Source of the DNA: an uncultured Kofleriaceae bacterium
GTDB taxonomy: Bacteria; Myxococcota_A; Polyangia; HGW-17
DNA: 64,000 bases
NCBI GenBank assembly: GCA_964516435.1
Contig: CAZEZP010000051.1
Location: 70,467-134,466 of the forward strand
Direction of reading: 5' to 3'
Shown here: positions 18,436 to 28,639 of the stretch, piece by piece
Layout: every line of letters starts with the position of its first letter
Position numbering within the stretch: position 1 is the stretch's first letter
The notes under the pieces: model-generated
The model's database searches: none
What the model was told of the DNA's origin: nothing
The model's input: only the letters and a program-made list of their open reading frames with translations
Translations under genes and position numbers: made by a program

Positions 18436-19943
18436 ACCGGCGACTTCGCACTCTGATGCCCGCCCTTCTGGCGCTGCTTCTCGCGGCAGGCTGCGAGCCG
18501 AAGCCTTTCTATCTGTATCCCGATGGCGGCCTTCCCGATGCGGGAGAAGATGCCGACGCACCCGACGGCGATGCCGGAGAAGATGCCGACGTGGTGAACC
18601 CCTGCATTCCGCCCGGCGTCCCAGAAACCTGCAACGGCCGCGATGACGACTGCGACGGCATCGTGGACAACGGGTTCAACCTGCAGGAAGATCCCTCCAA
18701 CTGCGGCGTGTGCGGGCGCATGTGCACGCTTCCCAACGCCGAGGTCGTCTGCACGGCCGGCGAATGCCGTTTCGTATCCTGCCTGCCGGGATTCGTGGAC
18801 CTGGATCCCAACAATCAGGGATGCGAATACGCCTGCCCCGTCTATCCACCGCAACTGGAGGACTGCAACGGCATCGACGACGACTGCGATGGCATCGCGG
18901 ACGAAGACCAGGACCTGCCGCCGGCCCCCACGGGACTGTGCCGTACCACCCCCGGCACGCCCTGCGAGGGAACGGTCATGATCTGCACTGCCCGTGGAAA
19001 TCCGCCCATCACCACGTGGTACTGCAATTACGACGCGCGCGTGGAGTTCGACCCCCGCGTGCCCAACGGCATCGTGCTGGAAGAGACGCGCTGCGACGGC
19101 TTCGACGGCGATTGCGATACGGTGCCCGACGACCCATTCACGGACCTCGGGCAGGTCTGCGACAACGGCGACATCGGCGCCTGCCGCGACGAAGGCCGGC
19201 GCGTGTGCAACCCTCTCACGCAGACCGATACGATCTGCGATTTCTCGCTGGGACCGGATCCCGACCCGCTGGCCCCGCGCAGCGAGGACTGCAACGGCAT
19301 CGACGACAACTGCGACGGCATCGTGGACAATTTCGACCCGTTCGATCCGGAGCGTGTCATCGACGACATGGTGCACATCACGCACCATGGGCTGGATTTC
19401 TACATTTACCGATACGAAGCATCCCGGCCAGATGCCACCGCCACCAGCCCGGGGCTGTCGGAAGCGCGGCCCTGTTCGCGCCCGGGAACGCTGCCGTGGG
19501 CCGGCGTGAACTACGCCGATGCCGTGGCGGCCTGCGCACGCGTGGGCAAGCGGCTGTGTACTGCCGCCGAATGGCAGGCGGCCTGCGCGGGACCCGACAA
19601 CCGGACGTATCCGTACGGAAATGCTTACGACCCGCTGGCCTGCAACGGCGTGGACCTCGACGGTATCCCCGGCGGAAACGACGATGACGTGCCGCTGCCC
19701 ACGGGCAATTCGCCGCAATGCGTTTCGGCCGACGGCATCTTCGACGCCAGCGGTAATCTGCGCGAATGGACGAATGACCGGCGGGGCACCACCAGTTCCG
19801 GCGATCCCGTGTACGTGCTGCGCGGAGGCGACTTCCACACCCCCTATCCCGGGCTTGCCTGCGCCTTCGATCTCTCGCAGGCGGCCGCGTCCGTTCCCCT
19901 CCCCACCGTGGGTTTCCGCTGCTGCTCCGATACGGCTCCATGA
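18432..19943 (+). CDS. Lipoprotein with N-terminal metal-binding-motif repeats and a C-terminal formylglycine-generating-enzyme (FGE/SUMF1-like) domain.
   Basis: Its ATG overlaps the upstream stop (ATGA at 18432–18435). The lipobox is LLLAAGC and CNG(R/I)DDDCDGI repeats are present. The C-terminal …NLREWTNDRR…VLRGGDFHTPYPGLACAF…GFRCC matches the FGE-sulfatase domain. Confidence 0.75.
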   Translation: MNRRLRTLMPALLALLLAAGCEPKPFYLYPDGGLPDAGEDADAPDGDAGEDADVVNPCIPPGVPETCNGRDDDCDGIVDNGFNLQEDPSNCGVCGRMCTLPNAEVVCTAGECRFVSCLPGFVDLDPNNQGCEYACPVYPPQLEDCNGIDDDCDGIADEDQDLPPAPTGLCRTTPGTPCEGTVMICTARGNPPITTWYCNYDARVEFDPRVPNGIVLEETRCDGFDGDCDTVPDDPFTDLGQVCDNGDIGACRDEGRRVCNPLTQTDTICDFSLGPDPDPLAPRSEDCNGIDDNCDGIVDNFDPFDPERVIDDMVHITHHGLDFYIYRYEASRPDATATSPGLSEARPCSRPGTLPWAGVNYADAVAACARVGKRLCTAAEWQAACAGPDNRTYPYGNAYDPLACNGVDLDGIPGGNDDDVPLPTGNSPQCVSADGIFDASGNLREWTNDRRGTTSSGDPVYVLRGGDFHTPYPGLACAFDLSQAAASVPLPTVGFRCCSDTAP

Positions 19944-20039
19944 AGCCCGGTGCCCGTCCAGCCGGCACCCGCATGGCGGACACGTCGAAAATGGCGGCTC
20001 GATTCACTGCAGTTTCTTAACTGAAAAGAGTTCCCGCTT

Positions 20040-21863
20040 TCAGCGCCCCTGTGGCAAAACTCCAGCCGGCGCGGGCACCGAAACACCCGTCGGCTGGGAT
20101 GGCGCCGTCGTCCCTGTCGAAGGCGCCGCTTTCCTTCTGGCATCCGGCTTTCCGGATTCCGGCTTGCGGGGAGCGTAGCGGAACAGGGAATAGCGGAACC
20201 CATAGGGCGTTTCCACCGGGTTGGCAAAATCCCGGTGCACCATGGAAACCCAGACGGGGCGCACCAGGAAGGTCATGGGCAGCCAGGACTGGAGCATGTT
20301 CTCGATTTTAATCGAGAACGCCACGCGCGCCTGCGCGTTGAGGCTCTTGCGCATGGATACGAGCAGGCCATCCATGAGCGTGTTGGAAAGGACGCCGTAG
20401 TTGTAGACCCCCGTGCTGTGGAACAGCGCAGAGAAATCCTCGTAGGGACGCCCTGCCCAGGAGAGCAGCGCCCCCGAGAACTGGCGCTTGCGCAGCATAT
20501 TCCCCATCTGCTTCCAGTCCGTGGGTACGGGCACCAAGTCGATGCCGGCCTTGCGGTAGTCGGCTTTCAGGATGTCGAACATCTCCAGGCTCGCACGCGA
20601 ATTGGCGGGAATGAGCACCACCAGGCGCAGGGGAACCTGCTGGCGGTCCCGGATGCCGTCGCCGTCGTGGTCGATCCAGTCCACCTGATTGAGCAGTTGC
20701 CTCGCAGCTGAGGGGTCGAAGGGCCAGTTCCTGAGATTGGGATCCCCCATGCCGCCTGGCGGCCAGAAAGGCCCGGTGCAGGGTTCGGCCAGGCCGTGGA
20801 AGACCTTCTCGACGATCCGATCCCGGTCGATGAGCATGGAAAGCGCCCGACGCACGCGGAAGTCGGCCAGCATCGGCTGGTTGACATTCCAGAGCAGGTA
20901 ACTGAACTGCGGCGGCACGAATCGCACCAACTGGTAATCGGAAAGCAGCGATTCCGTAACCTGGTCGGGATAATGCAGAGGCGTCAGTTGCGGCAGCACA
21001 TGCACCTGCCGGCGGCGCACCCCCACGAACGCGCGGGATGCATCGGGGAACTTCCGGAAAATCACCCGGCCCACGTCCGGAGTCGGCCCCCAGTAATACT
21101 CGTTCTTCTCCAACACCAACTGGTCCGGGACATCGGTCTCCAGCAGCCGGTAGGGCCCCGTGCCTACGGGAGAGAGGGAACCGCGGCTCTTTGGCGAAAT
21201 GCCCTTGAAGAAGATGTGGGACGGCAAAATGGGCAGTTCCACCAGATGGTCGAGAAAATACGCATTGGGCTCGCGCAACTGGATGCGCACCTCATCGGGG
21301 CCGAAGCGATCCGCACGCATGAACGTGTGATTGATGTCCTCCAGGAAAGGCCCGCGATCCACCTTGGGCATGGTCAACATGTTGAAGGTGAAGAGCACGT
21401 CCTCCACGGAAAAGGGCCGGCCATCCTGCCAGCGCACGCCGGAACGCAGCCGGAAGCGGAACGAGGTTCCCTTCTCGTCTGCCGACCAACTCTCGGCCAG
21501 CGCCCCCACCAACTGGCCGGACACCGGGTCCCGATCCAGCAGACCCTCGTAGATGTGATGCATGGCGATGTGGTAACCCAGTTCATCGATGCGCAGGAAG
21601 GGGTTGAGATGCTCCGGCAGCGAATGTACGGCCACCACCAATTCCACCACGCGCGCCTCCGGAGAGAGCAGCGCCGACGGCAACTTGCGGGAGGGAAGCA
21701 CCATCTTCTGGATGACCGCCTCCTCGGCCTTCACCCATTCCATGGCCGCTTGATGGGGCGTGGGGGGCGGCTCCATGCAGCCCTTGCAGGAAGCCGAAAA
21801 CAGCACGAAGACGCCGGCCATGAAGCGCAGGGCGGCATGCAATCTGGCATAAGCCGAAACCAT
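20040..21863 (-). CDS. ABC transporter substrate-binding protein, family 5 (peptide/nickel/opine type).
   Basis: Typical SBP_bac_5 blocks are present (…LLDRDPVSGQLVGALAESW…DGRPFSVEDVLFTFN…NEYYWGP…). The N-terminal signal/lipobox is (FVLFSASC). Start chosen at MVSAYA, and the ORF extends to 21974. Confidence 0.7.
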   Translation of the reverse strand: MVSAYARLHAALRFMAGVFVLFSASCKGCMEPPPTPHQAAMEWVKAEEAVIQKMVLPSRKLPSALLSPEARVVELVVAVHSLPEHLNPFLRIDELGYHIAMHHIYEGLLDRDPVSGQLVGALAESWSADEKGTSFRFRLRSGVRWQDGRPFSVEDVLFTFNMLTMPKVDRGPFLEDINHTFMRADRFGPDEVRIQLREPNAYFLDHLVELPILPSHIFFKGISPKSRGSLSPVGTGPYRLLETDVPDQLVLEKNEYYWGPTPDVGRVIFRKFPDASRAFVGVRRRQVHVLPQLTPLHYPDQVTESLLSDYQLVRFVPPQFSYLLWNVNQPMLADFRVRRALSMLIDRDRIVEKVFHGLAEPCTGPFWPPGGMGDPNLRNWPFDPSAARQLLNQVDWIDHDGDGIRDRQQVPLRLVVLIPANSRASLEMFDILKADYRKAGIDLVPVPTDWKQMGNMLRKRQFSGALLSWAGRPYEDFSALFHSTGVYNYGVLSNTLMDGLLVSMRKSLNAQARVAFSIKIENMLQSWLPMTFLVRPVWVSMVHRDFANPVETPYGFRYSLFRYAPRKPESGKPDARRKAAPSTGTTAPSQPTGVSVPAPAGVLPQGR

Positions 21864-21880
21864 TTTTCTCCCGGAAAACA

Positions 21881-23092
21881 TCATTGGCAGTAATTTCCCA
21901 GAATCGTGCCCGCGGCGCCACAAGACTGGCCGCAGGCACTGCAGTTGCGGGTGAAGACCAGCCCACCCCAGCACCAGCGAGCCACCCCATTATCGCAAAT
22001 CCCGGCGAAGTCGATTCCCTCACAGGTGGTGCGGCGCCTTTCACACCGGGCACGTCCGTTCACGACCGTACAGGGCCCCGTATGTGCATCGCAGCATTCC
22101 GTGCGGGGAAGGCCGCCTTCGCACCAGCGGGCGATATTGCCATCACACGCGCCATTCTCTGTCAACCCACCGCAGAAATCGAAATCCGCCGGAAGAACGG
22201 AATCCAAAAAATCCAGATCCCAGTCCGTGCGGGCATAGTGATCGAAATCCACACAGGACGGATCCCCCCAGGAAACGGTTCCCAACACGCTCACCACGTT
22301 GCCTTCGAGCGGATACAGGGAAGGTCCCCCGGAATCCCCGCTGCACACGGAGGAATAGCCCTGCCCGTTCACGATCATCTCGCCATCGGCGTCGGAAACG
22401 CCCCAGACGCGCTCGGGCGTCCACCAGAGACGCGTGTTGCTCTCGTCCTGCTCCGTCATGCCATAGCCGGCCTGCTGCACGTAATGGCCGATCAAGACAC
22501 GCGGACTGGTACGCGAAATGGGAAGAGGGGAAATTCCGAGATCGAGCGCCGGCGTGCCGTCGAGTTCGATGACGGCCTGGTCATAGCCGGTCTTGGAATA
22601 ATTGCTGTACTGCGGATTCACATGCACGGCCCGCACACCGAACGTGCGCAGGGGCGATGCGGCATCCGCGCCGAAGGAAAAGCGCAGGTCCGAGGGATCC
22701 ATTGGCCGGGCGCGAAAATCCGTCACGCAATGCGCGGCCGTGAGCACATGACGATCCGAAACCAGGGTGCCGGTGCAGACATTGACCCATGCGCCATCAT
22801 ACTGGAGCAGCGCCCCGATGGCCCGCTGCTGCGAGGGAGCCATGCACAAGGCCGGCCCCGCCGTGGTGCCATGGTAGATCTTCTGCTGCGGCAGCCAGTG
22901 CAGCGTCTTGGCATCCTGGGTTTCATCACAGGTTACATTGTTGGAATTATTTATATTATTGGAATTGTTTATATTATTAATTGTGTCATTGTTATCATTG
23001 TTGATATCTGTCTTGTTTTTCTTTTGGCCGCCATCATCACAGGCTGCAGCACTCATCACGACCAGACACACGGAAACGAGAACGACTTTCAT
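21881..23092 (-). CDS. Trypsin-like (S1 family) serine protease lipoprotein with a poly-Asn linker and a C-terminal Cys-rich domain.
   Basis: The lipobox is MSAAAC. Catalytic triad motifs are TAAHC, DQAVIELD and GDSGGP. The N-rich low-complexity linker (INNDNNDTINNINNSNNINNSNN) is encoded by a strongly AT-rich stretch at about 22925–23040. The C-terminal region holds about 16 Cys. Confidence 0.8.
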   Translation of the reverse strand: MKVVLVSVCLVVMSAAACDDGGQKKNKTDINNDNNDTINNINNSNNINNSNNVTCDETQDAKTLHWLPQQKIYHGTTAGPALCMAPSQQRAIGALLQYDGAWVNVCTGTLVSDRHVLTAAHCVTDFRARPMDPSDLRFSFGADAASPLRTFGVRAVHVNPQYSNYSKTGYDQAVIELDGTPALDLGISPLPISRTSPRVLIGHYVQQAGYGMTEQDESNTRLWWTPERVWGVSDADGEMIVNGQGYSSVCSGDSGGPSLYPLEGNVVSVLGTVSWGDPSCVDFDHYARTDWDLDFLDSVLPADFDFCGGLTENGACDGNIARWCEGGLPRTECCDAHTGPCTVVNGRARCERRRTTCEGIDFAGICDNGVARWCWGGLVFTRNCSACGQSCGAAGTILGNYCQ

Positions 23093-23159
23093 GCCTCACC
23101 CCCGGGAACATGTGACAGACGGCGCAAGGGAAGGGAAAAACAGGGGATCGAACAGGAAA

Positions 23160-25085
23160 TCACTTGCCAATCGGATTGATGTACTCGAGGTCCAGGCCAC
23201 CCGGATACAGGTAGGACGTGTAGGAAGCGAAGCCGTACACCTCGATGCCGAACTTGATGTTGGAATTGGGCGCCACGATGGTGTGCGAGCCGTTGGTGCC
23301 GGTGTTGGTGACGTCGATCTGGGCCACGCCATAGCCGGTGCTGGCGATCGGTGTGTACCTGTCGGCCGTGAGCGCCACGCCGTCGAGCGTGATGAACTCC
23401 ATGGTGTCGGCCGGAATCTTGGCGATCACGTTGACGTAATTGACCGTGATCGACGGCGGCGTGGAGAAGGTGTACTCGGAGCGGTACTGCTCCACCGGCA
23501 CTACAAGCCCGAACGCCGGGTCGCCCATCTCATCGAAGGAATCCGTCCAGTAGTTCTGGCCCACGGTGAACTTGCCCACCATGATGGGACCCGTGGCGTT
23601 GACTTCGAAGTGCTGCCCGGGCTGCGCCAGGAACTCGATATATTCGCCGGCATTGAGGGTGGCCGGGTTCTGCACGGCCGGATTGAAGGTGACCTGCACG
23701 CCGTTGTCGCCCGAAAGGATGCGGATGACGTTGGTCTCGGTGGTGCCGGAGCGCACCGGATGCGTGAGTCCCACCAGGAAGTGCTTGCCCCACGTCTGCA
23801 GGGGGAACATCATCTCCTCGAGGTGGTCGCAGGCCCAGTAGTTGTAGGGGACGAACGTGCAGTTGTGGCCGGCCCACACCGCCACGGGCTGGGAAGCCGT
23901 AATCAGGGAGCCCGTCAGATCATAGTCGTTGCCGGGGTTGCAATAGTAAACCCCATTGGCATCCGGTCCCGTCTTCTGGGCTCCGGCACCGGTGGGGCAG
24001 CCGTCGTAGGTCAGATCGTTTCTGGTGACCAGTTGCAGCACGTCGCCCTTGTTGAGGGCATACTGCATGGAGCCGCCCGGCGTGAGCGCGCCCACGCTGG
24101 GGCCCGCCGCGAAGTAGGCCTTCGAGTTCACGGTCACCTGCGTGTTGTCCTGGGTGGCCACCACGGCCAGCACGCCCGGGCTGTTCAAATCCTGCCCGAT
24201 TCTGTTAAGCACCATGGTGGGACGGCCCATGACCATGTAGTTGCCGGAGAGCACGGTGGCCGGCAGCAGCAGGGATGCGTCGTTGGAGTAGGAGTAGATA
24301 TCCGCACCCAGTGTGAAATCGTACGGGCTGAACTGGTACACCGTCACGGGCAGCGAGGTCTGGATGTGGAAGGCGCCCTGGTTGCTGGCCGCGCGGTAGA
24401 TTCCGGACTGCAGGCCGGACAGGCCGTCGGCGGAACTGGCCAGGCGGATGTCGTTCTGGTAGTTGAGGAAGATTACTTCCAGCGTGTTGGCGGGGATGGT
24501 GCGGTCGACGTTGGCGCCGCCGCCCGTGATCTGCACGCGCACGGGCGCATCGTTGGCGTTGTCGACGGCGATACCGAAGTTGCCCGAGAATGCCGCATCC
24601 AACTGGCCGTTGGCCATGCCCACCGACCAGTATTCGCATCCGCGGTAACTCTTGTTGGCCGCGGCCCGGATGCAGGGGCTGTCGCACACGGCGATGCCGT
24701 TGGCCTCCGCGCACTGCTCGCCGGCGGCCGAATCACACTGGGTCTGCACCAGGCCCACCGTGCCGTCGGCGGTACACACGTGCACGGCGTTGTCGGAGCC
24801 GCAGGTGGTTCCGCCGGACACGCACGCCTGGCAACGCTTGTTATTGGGATCGCACACCGGCGTGGGCGCTGTGCAAATCTGGTCGTTCACCCACTGGTTG
24901 TTGCTGCACACCTGCAGGGTGTTGCCGAAGCACTGTTTCTGACCATTAATGCAAGTTGCGTTGTTCGTATTGTTCGTATTATTGTTATTAAAAGTATTGT
25001 TGGTTTTCTTTTTCTCTGGCGTGCAGGAAAGAACGAAATTCATCAGAAGGAAGGAAACCGTCAGGAAGGAAAGGATTCGATGCAT
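23160..25085 (-). CDS. Secreted lipoprotein with N/T-rich linker, Cys-rich module and a large beta-rich domain (IgGFc-binding-protein N-terminal-like), hypothetical.
   Basis: The start MHRILSFLTVSFLLMNFVLSC gives a signal peptide plus lipobox. The linker KKKTNNTFNNNNTNNTNN is encoded by the AT-rich DNA at about 24950–25025. The assignment is family-level by composition only. Confidence 0.55.
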   Translation of the reverse strand: MHRILSFLTVSFLLMNFVLSCTPEKKKTNNTFNNNNTNNTNNATCINGQKQCFGNTLQVCSNNQWVNDQICTAPTPVCDPNNKRCQACVSGGTTCGSDNAVHVCTADGTVGLVQTQCDSAAGEQCAEANGIAVCDSPCIRAAANKSYRGCEYWSVGMANGQLDAAFSGNFGIAVDNANDAPVRVQITGGGANVDRTIPANTLEVIFLNYQNDIRLASSADGLSGLQSGIYRAASNQGAFHIQTSLPVTVYQFSPYDFTLGADIYSYSNDASLLLPATVLSGNYMVMGRPTMVLNRIGQDLNSPGVLAVVATQDNTQVTVNSKAYFAAGPSVGALTPGGSMQYALNKGDVLQLVTRNDLTYDGCPTGAGAQKTGPDANGVYYCNPGNDYDLTGSLITASQPVAVWAGHNCTFVPYNYWACDHLEEMMFPLQTWGKHFLVGLTHPVRSGTTETNVIRILSGDNGVQVTFNPAVQNPATLNAGEYIEFLAQPGQHFEVNATGPIMVGKFTVGQNYWTDSFDEMGDPAFGLVVPVEQYRSEYTFSTPPSITVNYVNVIAKIPADTMEFITLDGVALTADRYTPIASTGYGVAQIDVTNTGTNGSHTIVAPNSNIKFGIEVYGFASYTSYLYPGGLDLEYINPIGK

Positions 25086-25327
25086 CGGGCAACTCCTTTG
25101 AGCGAAAAGACGGATCGTATGAAGGTCCGAACAGCTCACTAGTTCATAAACCAGGATCCCGGGTCGTGCAAGCTGGCAATCCGGGCTTTTACATGATTTT
25201 CATGAGAATCGGGTTCAAATTTTTCTGAAAATTCGAGTCCGGATGGAACAAATGGAAACTGGGCAGAAAAGTCTTGATTTTTCGTCAGCTCCCGATATAT
25301 TGAGGCAGCTTTTCGAGGAGGTCCTGC

Positions 25328-25585
25328 ATGGCGCGTGTTACCGTGGAAGATTGTCTGGAAGTGGTGCCGAACCGGTTCGCCCTGGTGCTGCTGGCGGCCA
25401 AGCGCATGCGTGAACTGACCCAGCCGGACGCCGTTCCCCTGGTGAAGTGCAAGAACAAGGAAGCCGTCACGGCCCTGCGCGAAATCGCGGCCGGCAAGGT
25501 GCATTACCAGGAGAACGTGGACGAGATGGTGCGCTCCTACCACGAAGAAGTCCTGTATTCCACGTCTGCCACGTTCACGTACTGA
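25328..25585 (+). CDS. rpoZ: DNA-directed RNA polymerase subunit omega.
   Basis: [30 protein letters not shown] is the canonical RpoZ N-terminus, and the protein is 85 aa. Confidence 0.8.
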   Translation: MARVTVEDCLEVVPNRFALVLLAAKRMRELTQPDAVPLVKCKNKEAVTALREIAAGKVHYQENVDEMVRSYHEEVLYSTSATFTY

Positions 25586-25617
25586 TTTCCATCCGACATC
25601 CCCGCGGCGGAGCGACC

Positions 25618-26256
25618 ATGAAACCCATCCGGATCGACTGGGAAGAACTGGAACTGGCCTGCGAGCGCAACGCCCCGGGGGTAGACTCCTACCTGGATCG
25701 TGAAACCGGTGCCGTGCTGGTGTTCTACGGAGAAAGCGAGCAGGAGCGGGAGGCACAGCAGGCCGTTGCAGGAAATGCGGCGCGCTACCTGCTGGTGGAG
25801 CCGGTTCCGCCCAAGGAACAGTACCGCTGGATGGAAAAGTTCGTCGCCACGGTGACCGACGAGGAACTGCGCGAGCGCATCCTCATCGCCATCGATGGGA
25901 AGGGCGCCTTCCGGCGTTTCAAGGATCTGCTGGTAAAGTATCCAGGGGCGCGCGAGCGCTGGTTCGCCTATCGCGGGCAGCACCTTCATGCCTACATCAA
26001 TGGATGGATCACCGGCAAGGGGCTGGATCTGGCGGAGCCGCCGCCGTGGGGCTGGGACGTGAAGCCCCCGGAGGACGAGCCCGTGCCGGCGGTCGTGGTC
26101 ACGGCCGAGTTGAGTCCTGCCGAAGTGCTGCGCCGCCAGGCCCGCGAACTGGTGGACAAGGTGCCGGCCGTCGAACTGGAAACGGCTATCGCATTCCTGG
26201 AGTTTCTGCGCCAGCGCCAGGCCGGTTCCACGCCTGCGAAGCCCTCTGGAAAGTGA
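25618..26256 (+). CDS. UPF0158-family protein, hypothetical.
   Basis: The ATG at 25618 lies in the ORF 25447–26256, whose upstream part overlaps rpoZ. MKPIRIDWEELELACERN…RFKDLL…RWFAYRGQHL is reminiscent of UPF0158. Confidence 0.5.
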   Translation: MKPIRIDWEELELACERNAPGVDSYLDRETGAVLVFYGESEQEREAQQAVAGNAARYLLVEPVPPKEQYRWMEKFVATVTDEELRERILIAIDGKGAFRRFKDLLVKYPGARERWFAYRGQHLHAYINGWITGKGLDLAEPPPWGWDVKPPEDEPVPAVVVTAELSPAEVLRRQARELVDKVPAVELETAIAFLEFLRQRQAGSTPAKPSGK

Positions 26257-26347
26257 AAATCATGGCCGCCGGTTTCACAGGGCATGAGAAAGACTGCAAC
26301 TCCAGGGGTGCCGGTCCGTCTTGCCTGCCCGTGAAGCAGCGAGGACG

Positions 26348-28612
26348 ATGTTCATGATGGAGAATCCCGGTCCCTTCGATGCCCTGCCCGCCACCCCCGC
26401 GGCGCAAACCGCGGCGGGGGGCGCATCGGTGGACCTCAAGCGCCTCTTCCACATCGTGCGCAGTTACTTCTGGGTAGTGATCCTGACCTGCGCCGGCGGA
26501 GTCGCGCTCTCGTACTTCATCACCAAGCGGCAGACGCCCCTGTACAAAACCTCCTGCTCGCTGGTCATCTCCAGCCAGTTGCCGTCGTACCTGGGATCCA
26601 CCATCAAGTCCAACCTGGCGGAGACATCCGACGAATACTGGTACGAGCAGCGCTATCTTGCCACGCAGATCGAGATCATCCGAAGCCGCAACATCGCGTT
26701 GCTGGCCGTGCGCCGCCTGGAAAACGCCGAAATCCACGAACTGCTGCAGCAGCCCCAGTTCGCCGGGCGCGAGCCGGTGGAGGAGGAGATCCAGCGGGCG
26801 GCCGACGTGATCCGCGGCATGATCCAGGTGCAGCCGGTGCCGGAGAGCCGGCTGGTCAACGTAACCGCCGTGTCCGCCAATCCCCAGATGGCCAAGAAGG
26901 TGGCCGATGCCGTGGCCGAGGCGTTCATCGACGACAACCTGGAACGCCGCCTGGCCTCGACCAAGAGCGCATCCGTCTGGCTGGAGGACCAACTCAAGAG
27001 CCTGCGCAGGAAACTCGACGAGGACGAGCAGAAACTCTACGACTTCAAACGCAAGAACAACATCCTGGCGGTGAGCCTGGAAAGCCGCATCCAGAACACG
27101 ACGGCGCTGATCCTGTCACGCTCGAACACCGTGGAGGCGCTCGATGCCCAGGTGCGCGAACTGCGCGCCAAGATCCAGCAGGTGCGCCGCATGCGCACGG
27201 CCGATCCCACGCTGGATCCATCGGCGGATTTCCTGAACAAGCCCACCATTTCCGCCCTGCGCGAGCGCTACCATGCGGCGCTGGAAAAGCTCAAGGAAGT
27301 CCAGGTGGACGTCATGGAGCGCCACGAGGACGTCATCCGGCAGGAACGCATCCTGGACGTGGTGCGCCGGCAGTTGCTGCAGGAACTGTCCCTTTCCGAA
27401 TCCGCGCTGGATGCGGAATATCAACTCAAGTCGAAAAATCTGGAGGAAGCAAGGGCGCTTCTGAAACAATCCCAGGAAGAAGCGCTGCAACTGGCCGCAC
27501 TCGACATCGAGTACAGCAAGCTCACGCGCGAGCGCAACGAGACCGCCAAACTGTATGAACTGGTGCTGGCCCGCCTCAAGGAGACGGGGTTGGTCGAGGA
27601 ACTGAAGACCAACAACATCCGCCTGCTGGATGCCGCCCAACTGCCCCTGGCCCCCTTCAAGCCGGTGCTGTGGATCAATCTCGCCCTGGGCCTGGCCTTC
27701 GGCCTGTTTTTGGGCGCCGGCTTCCTGTTCCTGCTCTATTATTTGGACAACACCATCAAGAGCCAGGAAGAGGCCGAGCAGGTGCTGGGGGTCTCCCTGC
27801 TGGGCTACATCCCGCTTTTGCCCTTCGAGAGCGGGGATTTCCCCAACGAGCTCTACATCTACCACCATCCCCAGAGCCCCATCGCCGAAAGCGTGCGGGC
27901 CATGCGCACGAACATCCTCTTCATGTCGCCAGGCCGCACCCTGCGCACGTTCAGCCTGACCTCGGCCAGTCCGCTGGAAGGCAAGACCACGCTGTCGACC
28001 TACCTGGCCATCTCCATGGCCATGAGCGGCGAACGCACGCTCCTGGTGGATGCGGACATGCGCCGGCCCCGCCTGCACAAGATTTTTGGGCTCAAGGCGC
28101 GCGTGGGACTTTCTTCGCTCATTGTCAAGAAATCCACCTATGAAGAAAGTATCCAGGCCAGCCCGGTCGCCAATCTGGATCTGCTGCCCTGCGGCCCCAT
28201 CCCCCCCAATCCCAGCGAACTGCTGCAAAGCCCCAATTTCCGCGAAGTATTCGAGGAACTGTGCCGGCGCTACGACCGCATCATCTTCGACTCCCCGCCG
28301 GTGGGGCTCGTGACGGACCCCGCCATCCTGGGGCAGATGGTCGACGGCATCATGGTGGTCATGCGCTACGGAAAGACCACGCGCCACCTGCTGCGCAACA
28401 CGCGCAAAACGCTCTCTACAGTCAAAGTGAACATCCTGGGCGGAATCATGAACTACGTGGACACCCACCGATGGGGAGAACGCCCGTATTACTATCGCCG
28501 CGGCAAGGGAAAACGCAGTGGCTATTATGCCTATTATTCCCATTATGGTTCCGACGAGTCCGAAACCGCCGCGGCCGAGGAAACGAAGCCTTCCGAAAAA
28601 GAAAAGGAATGA
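26348..28612 (+). CDS. Polysaccharide co-polymerase / tyrosine autokinase (Wzc/BY-kinase family).
   Basis: It has two TM helices flanking a long coiled-coil periplasmic domain (Wzz-like). The cytoplasmic P-loop is SASPLEGKTTLSTYLA, with Walker A'/B motifs (LLVDADMRRP, IIFDSPP). The Tyr-rich tail is YYYRRGKGKRSGYYAYYSHY. Confidence 0.8.
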   Translation: MFMMENPGPFDALPATPAAQTAAGGASVDLKRLFHIVRSYFWVVILTCAGGVALSYFITKRQTPLYKTSCSLVISSQLPSYLGSTIKSNLAETSDEYWYEQRYLATQIEIIRSRNIALLAVRRLENAEIHELLQQPQFAGREPVEEEIQRAADVIRGMIQVQPVPESRLVNVTAVSANPQMAKKVADAVAEAFIDDNLERRLASTKSASVWLEDQLKSLRRKLDEDEQKLYDFKRKNNILAVSLESRIQNTTALILSRSNTVEALDAQVRELRAKIQQVRRMRTADPTLDPSADFLNKPTISALRERYHAALEKLKEVQVDVMERHEDVIRQERILDVVRRQLLQELSLSESALDAEYQLKSKNLEEARALLKQSQEEALQLAALDIEYSKLTRERNETAKLYELVLARLKETGLVEELKTNNIRLLDAAQLPLAPFKPVLWINLALGLAFGLFLGAGFLFLLYYLDNTIKSQEEAEQVLGVSLLGYIPLLPFESGDFPNELYIYHHPQSPIAESVRAMRTNILFMSPGRTLRTFSLTSASPLEGKTTLSTYLAISMAMSGERTLLVDADMRRPRLHKIFGLKARVGLSSLIVKKSTYEESIQASPVANLDLLPCGPIPPNPSELLQSPNFREVFEELCRRYDRIIFDSPPVGLVTDPAILGQMVDGIMVVMRYGKTTRHLLRNTRKTLSTVKVNILGGIMNYVDTHRWGERPYYYRRGKGKRSGYYAYYSHYGSDESETAAAEETKPSEKEKE

Positions 28613-28639
28613 GGCGAGGCATCGGCCAGCCGGCGGGGC

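Noticed and set aside
17991-19838. 615-aa minus-strand ORF
   Set aside because: It is antisense to the FGE-domain lipoprotein and the end of the MYXO-CTERM protein.
22908-25142. 744-aa plus-strand ORF
   Set aside because: It is antisense to the IgGFc-binding-like lipoprotein, which has a signal peptide and coherent domain structure.
27116-28543. 475-aa minus-strand ORF
   Set aside because: It is antisense to the Wzc-type tyrosine kinase.
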